This document shows, in pieces, positions 58,554 through 64,000 of a stretch of 64,000 nucleotides of DNA; positions within the stretch are counted from its first letter, which is position 1; each line of letters opens with the position of its first letter. The position numbers and the translations under genes were made by a program. Under the pieces are notes generated by a model. The model saw nothing but the letters and a program-made list of their open reading frames with translations. It had not been told where the DNA came from and searched no databases. Source of the DNA: a virus. The stretch covers positions 5,157 through 69,156 of the IMG/VR virus record IMGVR_UViG_3300027798_000038. One strand, written 5' to 3'.

Positions 58554-61500
58554 TTAGATGTTACTCGTTGTAGTCACTATTGTGCTTGAGATTGCGCCAA
58601 TCTCGGCTGCATTAATTGCTGATACAATTTCAATGTTATCGACCATTGCACCACTAACAAAAATTTCATCAGCTTTACTTTGTATTTCAAACAAACTTCC
58701 AAACGCCTGATTAGCCTGCTTTGGTACAATAGTCATGTTAGAAACATCTGGGGCTGTTGAATTTAATATGAAAGTAATTAATTCAGAAAGATAAAACTTA
58801 TCTCCAAAATCCCAATTAGCCACATCAAAGAATGTATTGATTGCTGTGATTATTCTAACTTTTAAGTCGTTGTCATTTATTGTCCTAGATGGATTTTTTA
58901 CAACTTTAAATTGTGCCTGAAGTTTTGCATCGGCTTGCGGGCCAAACAACACTTTATAAGTCACTGGATGATAAATTACTTCATCACTGATTGACTTAAT
59001 TGAATTTAAATTTGCGCCAAAACTTATTCGCAAATTATCAGAGTTGGGCGGAGTTGGTGCTATTGTTAGTCCCATTAGATAATTTCTATAGCTAGTATCA
59101 TATGATCTAGTTAATAGATAGACATCAATAATGTTACTAACACTTGGATTAATTCTTCTATCTACATTAGCATTATGAATGTATTGAAATTTCAATCTAG
59201 CACGACCTAGGTTTCCTCGATAGGTATTATCAATAATTAATGTACCAGTTGTTTTATCAAAACGCTTAATAACGTTTTCCGAACTATCGTAAAAATAAAA
59301 TAATTGCCCGTCTGCATATAGATCAGTGACATTGATCGTGCTTTCTCGTAGCGCAGGAATAATTGTATCATTTGAATTATCAAGATATTGAAAAATCTTT
59401 GCACCAGTTGCATCAATTACTTGCTGAAAAAATATAAACGGCGAAGGCATTGTAGCTTCTGTTCCAACAATTCTTTCAAATTCATCAGGATCGTCAATAA
59501 CACCGTCGTTGTTGCTGTCGTAAAATCCTAATTTAATTTCTCTAGTGCTTTGATATCCATCTTCAAATCTAATGCTATCGCTGATCTCAAACGGCATGTC
59601 TTGCACCAGTTGAGTTAAAAGATTACTACTTGTGTTAATTCCAAGAACCTTAACTTGGTCCTTGATTACTGTGCCATTTAGACTATCGTATATTTTTTGA
59701 CTAGGATCAAAATAAAATCTGTTTTTTTGTAAGCTACCAAAGATATATTCCATTCCTCGAATTTTAACAACATAACGATCGGGTTGTTTAACAAATGCAA
59801 TAACCCAAGAGGAATCTAAATTTGAATTAGAAATGTCTCCTGTTTTACCTAATGTAAAATCGTCTACTAAATTTAAATTTGCAGGAGTGATAATTTTCCA
59901 GGTAGTGGTTGAAACATCGTATCTTAATCCAAAATTAATATCTGCAAACGCTAAGTTAACAATCTCAATTTCTAATGCTGATGGAATGTTTGATACAAAT
60001 TTTGGAATAATTCTAGAAGCTATTGAGTTATTAGGAATAACATTACTAAATGTAACAGGGCCAAGGCCTGATGGTAATTCGCCTCTTCCTGTGTTTGTTC
60101 CGTCACCTACAACATTAACAACCTTGGTCCATATGTAAGGAGTTTGTGTTGAGTCAGTTGCGTCTGCGGTAACAATCTTGCCCTTCTTAAAGGCCTTACC
60201 GTCACCTGGTAAAAACTTAACCAATGCATCCGGAGTAAGATATTTTAAAGTATTATTGGTATAAAGCCCTGTTTTTAATTTTGAGTTATCAACAGAATTT
60301 TTAAAATAACCTGTACTACTACCAGTTGACGACGTTACACTTACCCATAAAGAAGTATCATCAACAAAAATAATTTTTGTAAATTTTGTAAGATAAAAAT
60401 TATAGGTATCTGTTTTAACTAATTCGGGTTCTAAGTACTGTCTAATAAAATTATAGATATCGATTTTATTTGCATACTTAAAACTCAATGCGGTTTCAAT
60501 AGTATTTCTGTAAAGGTATCCGTCGTCTGCAAAAACATCAACACTAGAATATTTTCCGCTAGCATCAATCAAATCAAAGTTTCTAGAAATTCCACTACTG
60601 GTTCTATTAATGGCTTTAACTTTTAAAATGTCCTGACTACTAGATAACGGCGCAAGATTATAGTCTTCTCCAGTTATCATTCTATTTTGTGTGTAGTATG
60701 TTGCAGGAGCATTTGCTCTAATAGAATCAGTTGTTTCTGCAGGGGCGGAAGAGGTTACAGTATATTTTAAACTCATACTGATTGTTAGTGTATGAGCAAC
60801 TCCTACACTATTAATATACGGAATTGCAATAGTAATACCGCGCATGTCCGATGGCGCAATCGAATATGACAACCCGTTACTTACACGATAATATACTCTA
60901 AAATTACCTTGAGGTAACTTTCCATATACTCCATCAGAAAACAATAAATCTACTTTGTCATTTTCTTTAGTGTTAATAGCATAGATGGTTTTAATCTGAT
61001 TGGTTAAGCTGTTATAAGCAATGTTGTTGCCCACCAATGCAGGAACTTGTGTCCACTTTGTTGTTTGAGCACCCGTTGATGATAACGAATATAACCATAG
61101 ATCGTCATTGTTGATTCCTTGAGCATCAACTGATACCTTTTCATTTGTGGTCGGAACTGAAATAGTGAAGTTGGCAACTTCTAAACTACCCTGCTTGAAT
61201 AATAAGAAAAATCCATTATTGGCGCTTGCTGGGCCTTTGCTATCATTTTTATATACGAATCCTAACTGATTTGCCGGAAATGGTTCTTCTTCGTAAATTT
61301 CTTCTTCACCAACAAACGATGTACTGACTAACTCAAAAGCCATTCTGCGACTAGCAACTGTTTTAGTGAATGAATAAATTGGTACGTCGGTTGATGCAGT
61401 TCTAAATCTATATTGATCGGTCTGTATTCCTTGAATAAACGATGTTCCTTGACTACGACCAAATTCTATATTATTAGCCATTGAAGCGTTTAAGATTAGC

Positions 61501-61970
61501 AGGAACTGTTCGTTCCAACTGGCATTAGTTGGATCATTCCAAATAATTACTTGTTGAGATAAATTTTTTCCGTTTCCGTCAAGGATACCTTCGGTAGTAC
61601 TAATTGTGTCAAATTTTAAAAGTCCTTTTGCTGGAATATTGCGTTTGGCATTGTAGCCTAACATTCGTGCAAGACGCAGGATGTTTTCTTTACGCTCTGC
61701 AAGCTCAATGAAATTCTCACGACTGGCCAAGTCGATACGGAAACTTAAACTTTGTCCTAGGAAAGCAATAGCATCAATCAGTGCGAGATATTCACTACTT
61801 TCAATATAGTCATTGAAATCTTCTGGGTAATTCTCTCTAATATAATCAATAATAACTCTACGAAGGTTTTCAAAATCGTAACTTTTAAAGTCAGCGTTCT
61901 TAAATGTCTGGTAGATGCGTTTCCAGTCTTCGTTTAGAATTAAATTGTTTTGTCTTGTTGTTGCTGTCAT
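58554..61970 (-). CDS. Baseplate wedge subunit (T4 gp6-like)
   Basis: DFENLR...PEDFNDYIESSE...LARMLGY, FSDGVYG, IRANAPATYYTQNRMITGEDY. Confidence 0.85.
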   Translation of the reverse strand: MTATTRQNNLILNEDWKRIYQTFKNADFKSYDFENLRRVIIDYIRENYPEDFNDYIESSEYLALIDAIAFLGQSLSFRIDLASRENFIELAERKENILRLARMLGYNAKRNIPAKGLLKFDTISTTEGILDGNGKNLSQQVIIWNDPTNASWNEQFLLILNASMANNIEFGRSQGTSFIQGIQTDQYRFRTASTDVPIYSFTKTVASRRMAFELVSTSFVGEEEIYEEEPFPANQLGFVYKNDSKGPASANNGFFLLFKQGSLEVANFTISVPTTNEKVSVDAQGINNDDLWLYSLSSTGAQTTKWTQVPALVGNNIAYNSLTNQIKTIYAINTKENDKVDLLFSDGVYGKLPQGNFRVYYRVSNGLSYSIAPSDMRGITIAIPYINSVGVAHTLTISMSLKYTVTSSAPAETTDSIRANAPATYYTQNRMITGEDYNLAPLSSSQDILKVKAINRTSSGISRNFDLIDASGKYSSVDVFADDGYLYRNTIETALSFKYANKIDIYNFIRQYLEPELVKTDTYNFYLTKFTKIIFVDDTSLWVSVTSSTGSSTGYFKNSVDNSKLKTGLYTNNTLKYLTPDALVKFLPGDGKAFKKGKIVTADATDSTQTPYIWTKVVNVVGDGTNTGRGELPSGLGPVTFSNVIPNNSIASRIIPKFVSNIPSALEIEIVNLAFADINFGLRYDVSTTTWKIITPANLNLVDDFTLGKTGDISNSNLDSSWVIAFVKQPDRYVVKIRGMEYIFGSLQKNRFYFDPSQKIYDSLNGTVIKDQVKVLGINTSSNLLTQLVQDMPFEISDSIRFEDGYQSTREIKLGFYDSNNDGVIDDPDEFERIVGTEATMPSPFIFFQQVIDATGAKIFQYLDNSNDTIIPALRESTINVTDLYADGQLFYFYDSSENVIKRFDKTTGTLIIDNTYRGNLGRARLKFQYIHNANVDRRINPSVSNIIDVYLLTRSYDTSYRNYLMGLTIAPTPPNSDNLRISFGANLNSIKSISDEVIYHPVTYKVLFGPQADAKLQAQFKVVKNPSRTINDNDLKVRIITAINTFFDVANWDFGDKFYLSELITFILNSTAPDVSNMTIVPKQANQAFGSLFEIQSKADEIFVSGAMVDNIEIVSAINAAEIGAISSTIVTTTSNI

Positions 61971-61987
61971 TTTACCTTCCTATGCTG

Positions 61988-61995
61988 TATTTATT
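61988..61995 (-). promoter_or_regulatory. Late promoter-like box
   Basis: Intergenic AATAAATA on the - strand before the AGGAAGG SD. Confidence 0.55.
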
Positions 61996-62011
61996 GTGGA
62001 AAATAAACTGC

Positions 62012-62449
62012 TCAGATAATAGTTCGATTGCTTCTGTCGAAATCAAACTTCAGCCTTTCATTTAAATTAAAAGGCAAATATATCAGCTCAGCTTCTATTC
62101 TTATTCCTTGATCTGTACTGTCTACTATTACAGAATTTACTGCAATTCTTGGATCATAATTGATTATAGCTTGAACATCATCGGAAATCATTTTTTTAAC
62201 TTCTTCAGTAAATGGTTCGAACAATAGATCCCAGATTACAGTTCCAAAGTCAGGATTTTCTAATTTTTCACCTTTGCGAATATAAAAATGATTTAGTAAA
62301 TCCTGCTTGACTAGGTCAATATCAAACAGTTTAAAACCTGTTTTTGTTTCACTACTACTGAATCCTTTATAGGTAAAAGCTGATATGCTTTGATTTCCAA
62401 TAGAAGCGGTATTAGATGCTACTGTTTTTTGATTATATAATTTTGCCAT
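62012..62449 (-). CDS. Baseplate wedge subunit gp25-like
   Basis: LLNHFYIRKGEKLENPDFGT..WDLLFEP...YDPRI. Confidence 0.9.
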   Translation of the reverse strand: MAKLYNQKTVASNTASIGNQSISAFTYKGFSSSETKTGFKLFDIDLVKQDLLNHFYIRKGEKLENPDFGTVIWDLLFEPFTEEVKKMISDDVQAIINYDPRIAVNSVIVDSTDQGIRIEAELIYLPFNLNERLKFDFDRSNRTII

Positions 62450-64000
62450 TATGTTACGTCCCTATCTGTATTGTCTGGAGTATAAAACGTCGGAGAAAAG
62501 TTTTCATGTTGCGGCCACGGTTCGTGCATTGGTATTCGTTTCATAATGCTCTTTAGCGGATCTGCTTTCAAGTATTTGGTTTTAGACCAATCTAGTGAAC
62601 CGTCTGTGACGATATTATCGTTTAATGTTAGTGCTATGCTTTTTGTTGATTTGATTGCTTTTGCAGCGGCAGGGCCGTTCATGTTAATCCTTCCTGCTGT
62701 TTCTGTGTGATTTGCACTATTGATATTTGTGTTACCAGTGGCTGTTATGTTGGCATTGCCTGTGGCATTTAGTTCGATGTTGGTAGTTGCTGTGACATTA
62801 ACCGCCGTTGTGGCATTGACGTGTACTGCTCCTTTAGTTGTTAGAAATCCATCACCGTCTACTACAAATTCTAAATTCTTTTTAATGTCTGCATGAAGAG
62901 TTCCTGTTTCAGTTCTCATGTTTATGTTACGGCCTGCTTCTAGATTAATGTCTCTATCAGCACGTATGTTCAGATCAGTTCCGGTATGGATGCTGACACT
63001 GTCTTGAGCATAGATATCAATCTTGCCATTGCTGGTCATTTCAATCCAAGTTGTTCCTCTAGCGTTGCCAATGTAAATTAAATCTTCACTATTATGTAAC
63101 AGTATTTGATGCCCAGTTCTTGTACGAACTCTAAAATATTCGTTATAAGGAATATTAGGATCGCCTTTTTCTCCAGCTAAAACATCTGCATATTCAACAG
63201 CGCCTTCGCTTGCTGGAGTTTTACGTTGGTACTGATCGTCTCCGTCGTCCATTACAAACTGTGTACCACCTAATCTGCTAACCGGAACAGGAGTAGGGCT
63301 ATATGAATCTTGTCTACCCACGTAAGATCGTTTGGCTCCGGCTCTCTTATCTAATGGTCCGGGTGTACTAATACCAAATACCATGTTAGGAATATCTCGA
63401 CGCACTGAGGAATTTGTCACGCCTCGAACATCGTCTTCGAGTGTTCCTTGTTCTAAAAATCTATCTGCAATTGGATGTACTGGTCTCTTAATTTTGTCAA
63501 CACTTGCACCTTTAGTAAGGTCGTTGGCTTTTCTATTAACTTCAGCAACTGGTAACTGGGCCGTAGTTGCATACTTGGCTTTATCTGCAGGACTAATGTC
63601 AACTTGACTTGCTCCGCCAATTGCCGGTATCATGTTGTTTGCAAATTTAGACGGGATGCACCCTATCCAGTATCCCTCTGACGGGTTTCCGTCAATAAAC
63701 ATAACCATGACTGTCACACCTACATCGGGCGGAACAAACCACATGCCATAACTTTTTTGTGTATCGTTATACGCATCAGCATTTCCTGTATTTGTGCCCA
63801 TAAATTCATACGACGTGCTTCCAAAGAACGGTGTCATATATTTGACTACATATGTTTGGCCGTCTGCCCCTACTGAGTTTCCCTGATCGCGAAGCAATGT
63901 TACTTCTAGACTAGACATAAATGATGGGTCAAGATGACTCACTACCTTTGCTAGATAAGGCCCTGTGCCAATTCCCGATTTAGCCTGGGCCAGTTGTTCC
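62449..64000 (-). CDS. Baseplate hub/central spike (gp5/VgrG-like), 5'-truncated by the window edge
   Basis: Frame is open to the window edge (..GPYLAKVVSHLDP); OB-fold motif SYGMWFVPPDVG..V.V.F; RTRTGHQI followed by beta-helix-type repeats. Confidence 0.8.
   Translation of the reverse strand, partial: EQLAQAKSGIGTGPYLAKVVSHLDPSFMSSLEVTLLRDQGNSVGADGQTYVVKYMTPFFGSTSYEFMGTNTGNADAYNDTQKSYGMWFVPPDVGVTVMVMFIDGNPSEGYWIGCIPSKFANNMIPAIGGASQVDISPADKAKYATTAQLPVAEVNRKANDLTKGASVDKIKRPVHPIADRFLEQGTLEDDVRGVTNSSVRRDIPNMVFGISTPGPLDKRAGAKRSYVGRQDSYSPTPVPVSRLGGTQFVMDDGDDQYQRKTPASEGAVEYADVLAGEKGDPNIPYNEYFRVRTRTGHQILLHNSEDLIYIGNARGTTWIEMTSNGKIDIYAQDSVSIHTGTDLNIRADRDINLEAGRNINMRTETGTLHADIKKNLEFVVDGDGFLTTKGAVHVNATTAVNVTATTNIELNATGNANITATGNTNINSANHTETAGRINMNGPAAAKAIKSTKSIALTLNDNIVTDGSLDWSKTKYLKADPLKSIMKRIPMHEPWPQHENFSPTFYTPDNTDRDVT

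Noticed and set aside
359-63607. Many short antisense or alternate-frame ORFs in the track (e.g. 359..712, 3333..3674, 40029..40682, 43797..44240, 63332..63607)
   Set aside because: They lie within or across long genes with recognisable motifs and show no recognisable motifs of their own; treated as shadow ORFs
1-64000. Stop-codon reassignment, tRNA or rRNA genes
   Set aside because: ORFs tile densely under the standard code with TAA, TGA and TAG all used as stops, and intergenic gaps are short with no cloverleaf seen
62449-64000. Lysozyme domain in the gp5-like spike
   Set aside because: No T4 lysozyme-like motif is visible between the OB-fold region and the beta-helix repeats

Overview
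A 64-kb, AT-rich, densely coding segment of a large T4-like (jumbo-type) myovirus genome using the standard genetic code. It has two convergent halves meeting at about 19086. The + strand half (1-19085) is an early/middle replication and DNA-modification region. It encodes a DsbA-like protein, a family B DNA polymerase, a probable sliding clamp, a DpdA/TGT-fold transglycosylase, a QueD-like (DpdL-type) protein, a GT-B glycosyltransferase, FolE, a cupin, a PRTase, a HIT protein, SGNH-like proteins, QueE and an RNase H/5'-3' exonuclease. The - strand half (19088-64000) is a late region: baseplate (gp5-, gp25- and gp6-like, plus a 4781-aa wedge protein), four paralogous tail-fibre-like genes, then a roughly 14-kb block of glycosyltransferase-like, radical SAM and SGNH genes. 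Four observations stand out. (1) The 7-deazaguanine DNA-modification cluster has no QueC in the window and contains a glycosyltransferase. (2) The DpdA carries the same C-terminal peptide as the polymerase, suggesting it is tethered to the clamp. (3) A late-promoter-driven GT/radical SAM/SGNH operon follows the tail fibres and is a candidate virion-glycosylation system. (4) Several RNA hairpins are positioned as translational switches. All functional calls come from motif recognition by eye; no database searches were run.
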